Positions 11,843-24,501 of a stretch of 64,000 bases of DNA are shown piece by piece. A program made the translations under genes and the position numbers. Under the pieces are notes generated by a model. That model made no database searches. It was given only the letters and a program-made list of their open reading frames with translations, and was not told the DNA's origin. This DNA comes from Octopus vulgaris (lineage: Eukaryota), in contig OX597827.1 of NCBI GenBank assembly GCA_951406725.2, positions 36,332,001 to 36,396,000 of the forward strand, written 5' to 3'. Each line of letters starts with the position of its first letter. The first letter of the stretch is position 1.

Positions 11843-13130
11843 TAGTGGGTTGGCCAAAAAGTCCTTTTTTGTTTTTTAGTATCAACTGTCCGGTCTTCTA
11901 ATCACTGTTCCGATATTCTTTTTCTTTAGAAACTGTATTCAGTATAACGACCAAGGTTACATCAGTGTGAAACAAGCCTCAAAGGAGAGAGATTGCAACT
12001 TGTTTGATTGCATTTGAGCCTAGACATGGAAGACAGGGCGGAGCACTATCGGCATCTTATGCTTTTTTACTTCAGAAAAAGAAAGAAAGCAACAGAAACT
12101 TGCTGAAAGTTATGCAATGTGTATGCAGAGAATGCTGTTTCAGAATGGGTGTGCCAGAAATGGTTTGCTTGATTTCGATCAGGGAATTTTTCAGTAAGAG
12201 ATGCACCTCGCTCTGGCCAGCGAAAAGAAATTGACATCAACTAACTGAGAGCTGTAGTCAAACAAGACTGCAGTCTTATGACCAGACAAATCGCAGATAT
12301 TCTTAACATATCCAAAACAAGTGTGGAAAATGAATTGCATAAACTTGGTTATGTTTCTAAACTTGATGTTTGGGTTCCCCATAAATTGACAGAAGCAAAT
12401 CTTGTCCAGAGGGTTTCCATTTGCAATTCATTGCTGAAAAGGGAAAACAACAAACCCTTTTTGAGAAGAATTGTTACTGGAGATGAAAAGTGGGTAGTTT
12501 ATAATAATGTGAAACGAAGAAGATCATGGAAAAAAGCAGGGGATTCTCCAAAGCGAACACACAAAGCAGGTCTTCACCCAAAGATAGTTCTGCTATCAAT
12601 ATGGTGGAATTGGAAGAGTTATCTTTTTTTGAACTTCTTCCCTTGAATAAAACCATCAATTCAGAGGTCTATTGTGAACAATTGGATAAATTAAAGACAG
12701 CTCTTCATCAAAAACGGCCAGAACTGGTGAATCGTAAAGGCATTGTTTTCCACCATGACAACGCAAGGCCACACACTGCTTTGATTACTCGGCAGAAGTT
12801 GCTGCAGCTTGAGTGGGAAGTTTTGCCTCACCCACCATACTATCCAGATCTGGCCCCATCAGATTTCCATCTGTTTCGGTCACTGCAAAATTCATTGAAT
12901 GGAAAAAATTTTAATTCTGATGAAGACGTGAAAACTTTCTTGGAAATTTTTTTGCTAATAAAGAACCTAAATTCTTCGAATAGGAGATTAAAGATCTACC
13001 CAACAGGTGACGAAAGGTTATAGAAGCAAATGGTAACTATTGTATTGATTAAATACACTTTTCACAATTGTTTACTTTTCTTTTGATTTTCACCTAAAAA
13101 AAACAAACGGACTTTTTGGCCAACCCAATA
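11843..13130 (+). mobile_element. Full-length mariner (DD34D) transposon with frameshifted transposase
   Basis: 1288 bp; TIRs ta(g/t)tgggttggccaaaaagtcc; TA flanks; WVPHKL, TGDEKW, HDNARPH and YYPDLAPSDFHLF split across ORFs 12278-12646 and 12526-13023. Confidence 0.95.
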
Positions 13131-13620
13131 TATTTGCAGCAGTGTCTTATCCTCGAATCTCTTGACTGCATATTTGGACCATTAATGTCAGTGATAACTG
13201 TGGTTAATGAGGCCAATCATTGCATAGAGTTCATAATTGCATTGGCCACATGCGAATGTTCGTCGTTGCTGCTGTCTGGCCTTCCATTGCTATTGTTTCT
13301 CCTCCTCTTTTATTATTCTTTCCCTTTTAAACAATATTATATTATTGTTTGTTTTGTTAGTAGTCAGAATGGTTGGTTATGGTTGTCTTAAAAGCCAATG
13401 GGTTGAAGATAAATTGCTTCAGATTTGACTTTAGCTGATCTTTGTTGTGGCGAAGAGGGGCTCCTCTTTGTCTTTTCCCAGTTCACTAAAGAGGATTTGA
13501 CAAGGAAGTTGTTCATTGTTCATCCTGGTGCCATTGTCAGCCCATCAAAGAATATGTTTGATGATTAGGGATTCGATGCTCTGGCTATTCACTCTTTCCA
13601 TTATGGAGTTATTGGAGACA

Positions 13621-14491
13621 TACAAGGTGGTATCAGAAAGTTCCTGGACTAGTTCTATAGTACACCAACAGATGGCAGCACATGGTTGTGTGCGCAGTGA
13701 GAGCTAGCAGTGACCTTCATGAGGTAGTGTGCCGAATGACACTGCGGTGTTTACTTTGCAAGTTGTGAAATTTGTGTTTTTGTGATCATGTGTATGCTGT
13801 AGTCTGTGATTTTTGTCATGGACAGGAAGTTAGAAGAGCCAGCGCGAAATTTTGTGTTAGATTTGAGATGTCTGCTACAGAGACATCGAGCATGCTTTGG
13901 CAAGCTTATGGCGACAAGGAATGGGTTGTACACAATATTTGGAGTGGCACAGTAACATGACAGAAATGCATCTCAATCAAGAGCATGTTCATTGTTTTTT
14001 TCGACATCCAAGGTATTGTACAACGAGAATTTGTCCCCCATGGCTGGACCATCAATCATGAATTCTACTGTGACCTTCTGAAGCATTTGAGGGGGAGTGA
14101 AAAGAATTAGGTTCTTCACAACAACAATGCACCCTGTCACTGAGCTCTTCTTCCTTGTGAGTTTCTCGCCAAACACAACATGACATCACTTCCAAAATTA
14201 CCCTATTCACCAGATTTAGCAATTGCAAACTTCCATCTCTTCCTCAAGATGAAAATGCAGCTCAAAGTTGCTGTTTTAACACCATTGTTGAGATCAAGAA
14301 TGAATTGCTGAAGGTCCTTGACTTGCTTACAGAAATCAATTTCCAGGCCGGGTTCCATAAGTGGCAGGAACGCTGGGACTAGTGTATTCTGCACAAAGTG
14401 ACTATTTCAAAGGAGACGATGATAAAGCTTAGGTAAATGAGTTATTTTTTTATTAAACATAAGTCCAGGAACTTTTTGATACCACCTCGTA
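13621..14491 (+). mobile_element. Internally deleted mariner-like element (second family)
   Basis: TIRs tacaaggtggtatcagaaagttcctggact / agtccaggaactttttgataccacctcgta; remnants of HNNNAP and PYSPDLA..NFHLF. Confidence 0.85.
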
Positions 14492-15900
14492 GTAAAACCA
14501 CTTGATGTTCAAGAGAGAGCAAAGTTTGGGTTGATGAAAGTGTTCAAATCTTTTGATGTCACATTGATACAAAGTCCAAGTTTCACAAACATATAATAGC
14601 ATGGATATGACAACAGCTTGGTAGATGATAATCTTTGTCTTCAAAGTTAGGTCTTTGTTTTTGAATACATTTTGTTAGTTCACTGAAATCTGAGTAAACT
14701 GATCCGATTATTCATTTCACATCTTGCTTACAATTGCATTTGGTAGAGAGCACACTTCCAAGGTATACAAAATGATTGACTTGCTCCAGTAATGAGCCCA
14801 AAATGACGTTAAAGTGCTAAAGGGCAGAATTTGGGGCTGTTTGGGCAAGGACTTGAGTTTTTTAGTAGCTACAGTGAGCCTAAAACATTGATATGCATTG
14901 ATGAAATTATTGACAACTTGTTGCAGTTCTATGCTTTGAGTGACTGAGTGCCATGTTGTCATCAGCCTACTGGAGTTCTGAGATTCGCTTGGTACTGGTG
15001 TGATTCTTTGACCAAAACATCACCAGGTTGAAGAGTCTGCCATCAAAACTGTATCTGATATTCATTCCTGGCTGATCAGAGGGAAGTTTATAGGTCATTA
15101 TGGCAAGGTATAGGAAGAAAAACATAGGAGCGAGAATGCAACCTTGTTTCAATCTACATGTAATTGGAATTCTTCTTAGAGTTGATCACAATGATAGAAA
15201 CATCCAGTCATACTATCATACTTGGATCAGTGACATGAAATAATCAGGACATCTGAAACGATTAAGAATCATCTACATGGTTGGTCTCAGTGCACTGTCA
15301 AAAGCTTTTTCTAAATCATAGAAGATAAGGAAAAGGGATTTTTGTTGTTCTTGACACTTCAGTTGGATTTGTCTGGCACAGAAGATCATGTCTGTGGCTC
15401 CATAGGATGCCTGGAAACCATGCTAAGATTCTGGAATGACGTCTGTGATGACCTGGAGACAGTTCAAGAGCATTTGAGCAAAGACCTTTTCTGCAATAGC
15501 AACTAGCAAGATTCCACAATAGTTTCCATAGGATTTTCTAACTCCTATCTTGAATATATTGATGATGATGGCATCTTCGAGGTCATTTGGGACCTGATGT
15601 GCTTCCCACATATTTAGGAACTGGGTGAAGAACTTAGTTTGCAGCAGCAATCTGCCATGTTGCAGCAATTTCAATGGGATATTATTGGGCTCTGGGCTTT
15701 TCTTACTTTCATATATTTCATTGCATTCCAGAACTCTTGATACAACAGGTTGTGAAGGATGGAAAGGGACTTTGTTGGTGAAGCAAAGACCTAAGATGTC
15801 ATTGTTTCTGGTTGGTGAGTATATGGTTTACTCTATGGACATCATTTTTGTGAAATCAAGCAGAGATTCTGCTTGATTGTGCTTTTTGCATGTCATTCCT
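14492..15900 (-). mobile_element. Decayed RTE (BovB-like) LINE fragments
   Basis: KQGCILAP.FF..Y, VP.DL.DAII..IFK.G....GNY.GI.L and TKI.IYQAVVIS.LLY.CETWT. Confidence 0.8.
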
Positions 15901-15961
15901 AACATTATATCACCTTCTGCCCCTCTGATGTCAGATGGAATAACAAATTGACAGAGTATAC

Positions 15962-16345
15962 ACCACATCCAGAAAAAAGGATCCCCTTCTCACCGTGGTA
16001 GGGACACTGGCAACGGGTAGTGTCAGAGCTATGCCGTCAGGAACTTCGGTTCCTGGTAGGGCCACCCAAGGCGGATTGGTCTGACACCGAGTGGTATTAG
16101 GGCCACAACCCGGCAGACGGGGCTCTGGTGAAAATCCTTGGAGTGTCTGCTTCGGCAACTGGCGGCTCCTCGCTCGTTCTGTCCCTGCATCTGCGGACAA
16201 TCTGCGGCAAACAGGATGTTTCCACATGTGGGATTGTTGGAGACTGCTTGTGAAAGCCACATATTCCCACAAAACTTCTTCTATGAGTAGAAGAAGCCGA
16301 CTCAACCCGCCCAGGGTGAATGTCGCCACAAGTACAAGTAAGTAC
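15962..16345 (+). mobile_element. CpG-rich, structured non-autonomous element resembling an RTE 5' UTR joined to a short-repeat tail
   Basis: gagctatgcc..hairpin..ggtagggccacccaaggc..ggtc motif recalled from RTE 5' ends; tail caagtacaagtaagta; unusually GC/CpG rich for this locus. Confidence 0.5.
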
Positions 16346-16482
16346 ACTCAAACATAGATAAATAAACATCAGACTGTGGTTGGTGAAGAGAAAATGCTTT
16401 GTCCAGTAGTGGACTAAACATGTGCAAGGATGATGTAACTTGCATAAAACTATAACATAATACACACACGCACACACACATA

Positions 16483-16840
16483 TAGGCGCAGGTGTGGATA
16501 TGTGGTAAGAAGCTTGCTTCCCAACCACATGGTTCTAGGTTCAGTCCCACTGCACGGCACCGGGCTGACCAAAGTCTTGAGTGGATTTGGTACAGGGAAA
16601 CTGAAAGAAGCCCATTATATATATATGTGTGTATCTTTGTCCCCCATCTCCATCACTGTTTGACAACCAGTGTTGGTGTTTTAATGTCCCCATAACTTAG
16701 CAGTTTGGTAAAAAAAAAAACCAATAGAATAAGTACAGGCTTAAGAAATAGGTCATGGGAGCAATTTATTTGACTAAAACCCTTCAAGGCAGTGCTCCAG
16801 CATGGCACCAGTCAAAATGACTGTCACAAGAATAAAAGAC
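16483..16840 (+). mobile_element. SINE family A copy
   Basis: aggcgcaggtgtgg..tgtggtaagaagcttgcttcccaaccacatggttc..ggttcagtccca head; ggcagtgctccagcatggc tail. Confidence 0.8.
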
Positions 16841-16941
16841 TATATATGTATATATATATATATATATATATTTTAGACATGTCTGAAACTATATATATAT
16901 ATATATATATTATATATATTTTAGACATGTCTGAAACTATA

Positions 16942-16949
<8 letters not shown>

Positions 16950-17000
<51 letters not shown>
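16950..17000. repeat. (AAT)n microsatellite
   Basis: Direct reading. Confidence 0.95.
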
Positions 17001-17659
17001 GAGTAAATAATTCCTATAATGGTTTTAAAAAAAAAAACAACAATTATTTACTGGTAGAATTCGGTATGTAAATATAACCGATTAATGGTAGGAACTTCTG
17101 TAAAGTTCAGTATATATATTGTATAAATAAATAAATATATATATATATGTTCATTGTTAAGAAGCCTGCTTCTCAACTACATGGTTCTGGGTTCAGTGTC
17201 ACTGCATGGCACCTTGGACAAGTGTCTTCTGCTATAGCAATAGACCTACCAAAGCCTTGTGAGTGGATTTGGTAAATGGAAAATGAAAGCCAATCATATA
17301 TACATATATATATATATGCATACATATGGGTGTGTGGCTGTGTGCGTGCGCAAGAGTTTGTCTCCACAACTGTTTGATAATTGCTGAATGTTTATGTCCC
17401 CATAACTTAGAAGTTCAGCAAAACAGATTGATAAAATAAGTACCAGGTTTAAAAAAGAAAATAAGGGTCAACTAATTCTAAAAAATATATATATAATATA
17501 CATATAACATTATATAAATGAGTAACAGTAGAGGTACAGGTGTCAATCCATTATGGCCATTTGGCTGTACACTGCAAGAATATCATTTGGTTGTACTCAT
17601 GTACCAAGTTTAATATTTACATAATATTGTTGTGTGTGTATATTATTTCAGCCTAACGA

Positions 17660-18010
17660 GGTGCCTCAATTTAAGTAACTAACTACTGGTACTTGTGCTA
17701 ATGGGACGTGAAAAAACATTCGAGTGAGGTCGTTGCCAGTGCTGCTGGACTGGCTCCTGTGCAGGTGGCACATAAAATGCACCATTTGAGCGTGTCCATT
17801 GCCAGTACCGCCTGACTGGCCCTTGTGCCGGTGGCACGTAAAGGCACCCACTACACTCTTGGAGTGGTTGGCGTTAGGAAGGGCATCGAGCTGTAGACAC
17901 TCTGCCAGATCAGATTGGAGTCTGGTGCAGCCATCTGGTTCACCAGACCTCGGTCAAATTGTCCAACCCATGCTAGCATGGAAAGCAGACGTTAAACGAT
18001 GATGATGATG
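17660..18010 (+). mobile_element. RTE LINE 3' UTR fragment with (GAT)n tail
   Basis: Ends ccatgctagcatggaaagcagacgttaaacgatgatgatgatg, same family as the 3' ends at 33041, 35207 and 57672. Confidence 0.8.
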
Positions 18011-18726
18011 AATTCAACTGAATTTTACTCATATAATATTATGTATAGATATAACAGTTTTTATAGCTGTATCACATATTCAAATGTTGTGTATGTGTGT
18101 ATACAATACTACTGCTGTACTTGTTTTAAAAAGATGGATATCTTATACAAATTCATATCAACACAAGAATTGCAGGTTGAATCATTGAATAAGGTCTCAA
18201 AGCAAATCGATTTACACTAAATTTCCTTTCATAGGTGGCTATTGTTTTGCTTTTTAATAGCTTATTTCCGAAAATGAAGGACAAGGTTGATTTTCCATGG
18301 TTTTGGAGACTGGAGGATGAGGAAGGGAGAAAGACATCAAGTTATCATCAGATTAAACTAGGTGACAGATTATGTCTACAATCCAAGAACAGGCACAGTT
18401 CATTCAACAGGTTTCCATCTATCTAGTTTCATTAACCCATAGCTATAGTAGAAGATACCTTTCTAAAGTGCTCAGCTGGTCACAGGAACTATATCACTAA
18501 TTACTGATTTAGTTCCTTTCACCATTTTCATGTCAGTTTGAATTAGAATTAACCTGTATTATTGTGCTGTTGGAATGGCTGTATGGCAAGTATCCTCTAC
18601 TACAGCCCTGTGTTGACCAAAACATTGTGAGTAGATTTGGTAGATGGAAATAAGCTCATCATATATATCTATGTATGTTTGTGCCCCCTTGTCTTGACGT
18701 TGCATGATAATTGCAAAATGAGAATA

Positions 18727-18945
18727 TATTTCTTTACTACCCACAGAGGGGACAAACAGGGACAGACAAACGGATTAAGTCGATTACATCGACCCCAGTG
18801 CGTAACTGGTACTTAATTTATTGACCCCGAAAGGATGAAAGGCAAAGTTGACCTTGGCGGAATTTGAACTCAAATGTAACGGCAGACGAAATACGGCTAC
18901 GCATTTCGCCCAGCATGCTAACGTTTCTGCCAGCTATCCGCCTTT
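18727..18945 (-). mobile_element. SINE family B, full length, 17-bp TSD
   Basis: A/B-box-like tggcagaaacgttag and gagttcaaattcc; TSD attgcaaaatgagaata at 18710-18726 and 18946-18962. Confidence 0.85.
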
Positions 18946-19197
18946 ATTGCAAAATGAGAATAAGCAGCATCACTCGTATCCGATATTCAGTGGAAAAACG
19001 TCCAGACATATTACCTTACTCGAAAACTGGTGAGGTGTGGCAACAGGAAGGGCACCTGGCTATAGAAAATTTTCAAACTCTGTCTGACCCATGTGCATGC
19101 AAACATGGACATTACAATAATGACATTAATGGTGATGTGTGTGTGTGTAGATAAAAGTATATGCTTGTCAATGTGTATATTTTATATTTATATACAA

Positions 19198-19582
19198 TAG
19201 GCACAGGCTGTGTGGTTAAGAATCTTACTTTGCAAACATGCGGTTTTGGATTCAGTACCACTGCTCGGTGCCTTGGCAAGTGTCTTCCAATATAGCTCCC
19301 GACTAATTAATCCCTCTGAGTAAATTTGGTAGAAAAGAAACAGTGTGGAAGTCTGTTAGATGTGTGTGTGTGTGTGCACGCGCACGCGTACGTGCCTGTG
19401 TGTGGTTGTCCCATGCCCGCCGACTGACACAGGTATTATTTTTGTTTAGGTCTCCATAACTCACTGGTTCGGTAAAAGAAACCAACAGAATACGTACTGG
19501 AGTTGATTTGTTCGACTACACTTCAAGACGGTGCTCAGCATGGTCGCAGTCCAGTGAGTGAAACAAGTAAAAGATAAAAGAT
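19198..19582 (+). mobile_element. SINE family A copy (diverged)
   Basis: ggctgtgtggttaagaatctt head; gaaacaagtaaaagataaaag tail. Confidence 0.7.
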
Positions 19583-19601
19583 ATGGCTTATATGTTTGTG
19601 C

Positions 19602-19644
<43 letters not shown>

Positions 19645-21555
19645 CGCGCGTGTATAATTTCCTTTTAGCCAAAATTAATTTATAAATTTGCTTCTCTTAT
19701 ATATTGCTCTGTAGTTCCTAAAAAAAGCAGAGGAGAAACAAAATATATTCTGTTGAACGAATTATTATGGATTAAATGTTAATTCACTCTCAAATTTATC
19801 TTTTGAGTTCTTCATCTGTAAACTTGCCACCCTTCTTATAAATACACACTTATATACACTCATATGCACGTGTATTTTAAGCATTCTTATTGAGACGAAA
19901 ATATCGAGTGCACTCAATATCACAATTTCGTTGGATCTATATATAAAGGAATTGTGCAATAAATTATGAGATTTCAATCAGCCTTATCGCAATTTTTCGG
20001 CCATGATCTTTAGTTTTTAACATTTTCACATTCATTTTTTAAACATTTCAGGTTATGATACTTAAAAACTATGCTGTGATATTTTGACATATGTACCTTA
20101 AGCCAAAAATCGCCAACTATGCCTAATATAAATCTCGCCCTCCCTCCAAAAATAAATTTCTGGAAAAATGTCCGTGTATGCGGAGGTGGGGCACAAAACG
20201 AGGTGTTTTACTCCATTTTTGACTTTGAAATACAAAAATAAATTTTTTTTAATGTTTATTACCTTACAAAAACTATATCAGCTAAATAAATGAGTCTTCC
20301 CTAAATGCATTAAAAGCATTTTGACATAATCTGATTACTATTTCAGAAAATTATCACCGTTCTCTGAGCATATAAAACACAAGTTTGGCGGGGTTAAAAT
20401 GAATAAGTCAAGATAAGGTAAACTTGCTGCTTCGATTCTCCAGAAAACAGACTCATACACATCAATATCCATTCCTAGACATCAAAAAGATCAGAAATGT
20501 AAAAAAAAATGAATATCTAGGTCAAATGAAAAAGGATCAGGGGAAAATGGCACATGATATGAAATCAACGAAACTCGACTAAAAAGAAAAAACCAACTCA
20601 ACATAAAATATCACTTATAACTTTTTCACGATCAGCTCAAGTGTCTTTATGACAGATACATTTACACACCATGCAGTTAAAGAGAAGAAATTATTGAAAT
20701 TAGCCATTACTCATTTTACCCCCCTTTAGACATTTTTTGAAACTTGAAAATGATCAAATTAGACATTAGTGTGGAAAGAAATTGACTTGGAATCCAACAG
20801 AAAAGAATATTGATTGTTACAACAGAAATTATCCAGGTATTTCATTAGCAACTTCAAATACAAAGTTGAAAAATTACTTGGAAAAATAGGACCTGCTACT
20901 TGACTGTTTCGGACTCTCTCAACATCGTTAATAGTAACTATGTTGACTAAGTTTTACTTCTAAAAATGAAACAACAGTACAAAATGATGATGCAATACTT
21001 GCAGTGTAATGATTTCAAACAAACAGAGAGAAAATAACCAGAAATCAAAAGTTTCTCATTTTGCCCCACCCACCTAATGAAATTTGGGAGAAGGAGGCAG
21101 TTAAAAATTTGAACACTGCGTACTAAAAAAAGTTTTTTCTTTTGTAAATTTCTTATTTATGTATTTGTGATTTTTTTGTGCAATAGTTAATTTTCGACTC
21201 TATTCTATAGGAATTTATATGTATGTATGTAATATTATTCCAGGAAGTAACAAGTTCAAAAAGTAGCTATGTCTAACCATAGCGAAATACAATATATATA
21301 TTTGCCAAACTAACGATTATAGATTATATATATATAATTTATACACACAAATATATATATTTAAACACACAAACACACAAATATATTTACATACACGCAC
21401 ACACGCATATATATATATGTGTGTGTGTATATATATATATATATATTCTTAGAAGTAACTCTATTCTAAAAGTGGGTGTGTATATAAAACAAAATGCTTC
21501 GCAAGTTTAAGCCATAAAAGGAGGCCGATGAAATGAACTTATACAAATATATATA

Positions 21556-21633
<78 letters not shown>

Positions 21634-22393
21634 ACACTGCTGAAACTGTTTTCCTTACCGGTATCTAAAAGTTGCGATCTGAGGATCCAATGCAGTTATA
21701 TTGCAAAAAATTTTCCTGAGACGAACAGCTTCGCAAACACTAGTTTAGAAAACTTGCCAAGCCCACTTATACATTTCTCCTTCTCCCTCCACTCCCTTTC
21801 TCTCTCTCTCTTGTTCTACATGGAAACTTGCTTTTCTCACTCACTCTTTTACTCTCCTCTATCTTTCACCTACAAACTCTCTTTTATTACTTTATCTCTA
21901 ATACTTGTTTAACAAGTACCTCTCATTTTCGTTTAACTTCTTACTCTCCCTCATACTTCTTTTTGTGTAACATTCAGTCTCTCTCTCTCTGTCTGTCTCT
22001 TTCTCCTTCGTTAAACTAACCACTTGTCTACCATCTACTCCCTATCTTTCTTCCTCAAACACTTTAATCTTGTCTAACATCTACGCTCGCTCTCTAATAC
22101 TATTTGCTGCTCATCTACTTTTCCTATATCTTATTAATTCTTTTCACACACACGTATACTCACATTCTCTCTCTCTCTTTCTAATACTTCCCAAGTTCTA
22201 CTATATATATATATATGTATGTATGTATACACACACTATTTCTATTTCACCTTAACTTTCTCTCTTACACTCCCACACTGTAATTCTCTCACTTTGTACT
22301 TTGAGACCTCCGAATTATCGTTACTCACGCTTTTATCAGTTCGAGTACGCGTGTATAAGTATACACATACATACATATATAGGCGAACTTCGC

Positions 22394-22438
<45 letters not shown>

Positions 22439-23104
22439 AGTGAAAAATTTGGTGGATTTTTTCTTATGACGTTTTTCACGCTGTACTTGATAAATTCTTA
22501 TAAAGATTTTATCCTATTTTAAAATTGTATATATATATATATACAGAGAGAGAAAGATAGACAGAAGAACATGAGTCTACGTTTTTATTAATAATCGGCA
22601 GAAGTTAGAGTGACTCAGTTTCGCCCGAAACTCTCACTGTAACTTCTACTGATAAAAATAGTGTGTGCATGTGGGCGGGGGTGTTCTCTTCAGTTTTTAG
22701 TTATTTGAATTCCTCCTCTGAAGAAAGAGCTGGTTTCTAACATAGATACAAAACCCCATCGCTGGAAAGTAGATGTGGAATCTACGTTTTATTTTCCTGG
22801 CTGAGATTCGAAACTGAATCTAAGAATTCTCGCTCGCCGGTAGCACCCGCTATTTGTTGACCAAGCGGGAAAATCTTTTTGCCCTGTCAAAAGTGATTGA
22901 TGAGTTTCCACTCGACCTCCGACCTGGCTGTGTCACAGAAAGTTCAAATGGACAGCAAGTGTCCTAAATGAACATAAGCTACCCCTATGATGGTATATCC
23001 ATCCTTCTAGTTAGAATGGGACATTATAAATGCCAGTTCCGCATTCAGGTACAAAGAGCCAGCAGAGTCAGACAAGGTAGACCCGACAGAGCAACAATGT
23101 AGAG

Positions 23105-23305
23105 CAGTGCTTTTCAACCTTTTTGTTGGAGTGGAACCCCAAGGAAACATTCCACTGGCTCGAGGAACCCCTGTGCAATAATTTAATAGTTTTATACACA
23201 CATATCTGCACAGGAGAATTAAAAATTACTGCCGATTTTCGCATTTTTGTAACTTCTTGCGGAACCCCTGGACTGTACTGGCGGAACCTTGGTTGAAAAC
23301 CACTG
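23105..23305. mobile_element. hAT (Charlie-type) MITE
   Basis: TIRs cagtg(c/g)ttttcaacc; perfect 8-bp TSD atgtagag at 23097-23104 and 23306-23313. Confidence 0.92.
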
Positions 23306-23689
23306 ATGTAGAGAGACAACACAGCTGAAGCAATAGGCGAATGCACACACAGATATAAAGTATGTCTTTCTACTGTCTTGACTCATCAACATTCTCTTTC
23401 CTTCGTTCTACTTTGCACATTTCTCTGTGTACACAACTTCACCGATTCAAAGTAGTTGGCTGCATTATATAGTGGCATATTCGGTCATATTTCAAATCAA
23501 GCTTTCAGTATCCAACAAGCGAATACAACTATAACCAAATAAATAATGTAAACTATATTCCTATTCTTTCTTCATTGTTTTTCTTTGATACTGGTCCAAT
23601 ACGCCTAACATCATCTGCTACACCTGACAGCTTACATTGATCCCTCAACATCTCATTATGTTACAAAGATAACAAAAATGTTACATTTT

Positions 23690-23885
23690 AAACTTGAGAA
23701 AAGTCTTGCATATTTTTATTGTTCCCCTTACATATTGTATTTGTATTGTACAAGTTAATTGGTTGATTTCTTATTTTGAAAACACTAGCTTATCCAGATA
23801 GTTACTTAGGCATTTACTTGTAAAACCGAGTGCACCAATTATTATTGATATAAATGTGAATTTATAATCTGGATGTTTGAAAGTT
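23690..23885 (-). mobile_element. 3' end of a restriction-like-endonuclease non-LTR element
   Basis: PDYKFTFISIIIGALG...GTIKICKTFLKF, typical RLE C-terminus. Confidence 0.55.
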
Positions 23886-24290
23886 ATAAGTGTTTTGCTG
23901 TAGAGTAGATTCATGCGTTCCTCAGATGGAAAGCAAAGGAAAGTAAATTTGAGAATAAGATATAATGAGTGATAATGATGATGGCAAAGCTGTGTCAGGA
24001 CATGCCCTCGGGGGACAGTGAGAATAGGTGTGGTGATATAGAGGCTTGGACCGGGTGAGTGGTCAGGATGAGGTGATTGTAGCAAATGATGGAGAAAAAG
24101 TATAGAAAACACTCAGGTGCGGGGTTTGAGGTAGATATGTGAGGGCATTGAGGATCATGGCAGGAAGCAAGGTGTTGATGATGGCTAGCAGCACAGAGAG
24201 GGGAGAGAAGACATAGAAAGGAGATGATTGGTGGAGACAGTAGGTGGGGAAAGAACGGTAACTGAGAAAGCCAGGTGATATGGTATATAT

Positions 24291-24484
24291 TTCTTTATTG
24301 CCCACAAGGGGCTAAACATAGAGGGGGCAAACAATGACAGACAAAGGGATTAAGTCGACTACATCGACTCCAGTATGTAACTGGTACTTTATTTACCGAC
24401 CCCGAAAAGATGAAAGGCAAAGTTGACCTCAGCGGAATTTGAACTCAGAACTTAACAGCAGATGAAATACGGCTACACATTTCA
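24291..24484 (-). mobile_element. SINE family B, 5'-truncated, 20-bp TSD
   Basis: TSD ccaggtgatatggtatatat at 24271-24290 and 24485-24504. Confidence 0.85.
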
Positions 24485-24501
24485 CCAGGTGATATGGTAT
24501 A

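Noticed and set aside
16868-16950. Duplicated ttttagacatgtctgaaac palindrome
   Set aside because: Local slippage within (TA)n; no evidence of function
19990-21300. Possible DNA transposon relic with repeated cattttaccc/gggttaaaatg motifs
   Set aside because: No definable TIR pair, TSD or transposase motif
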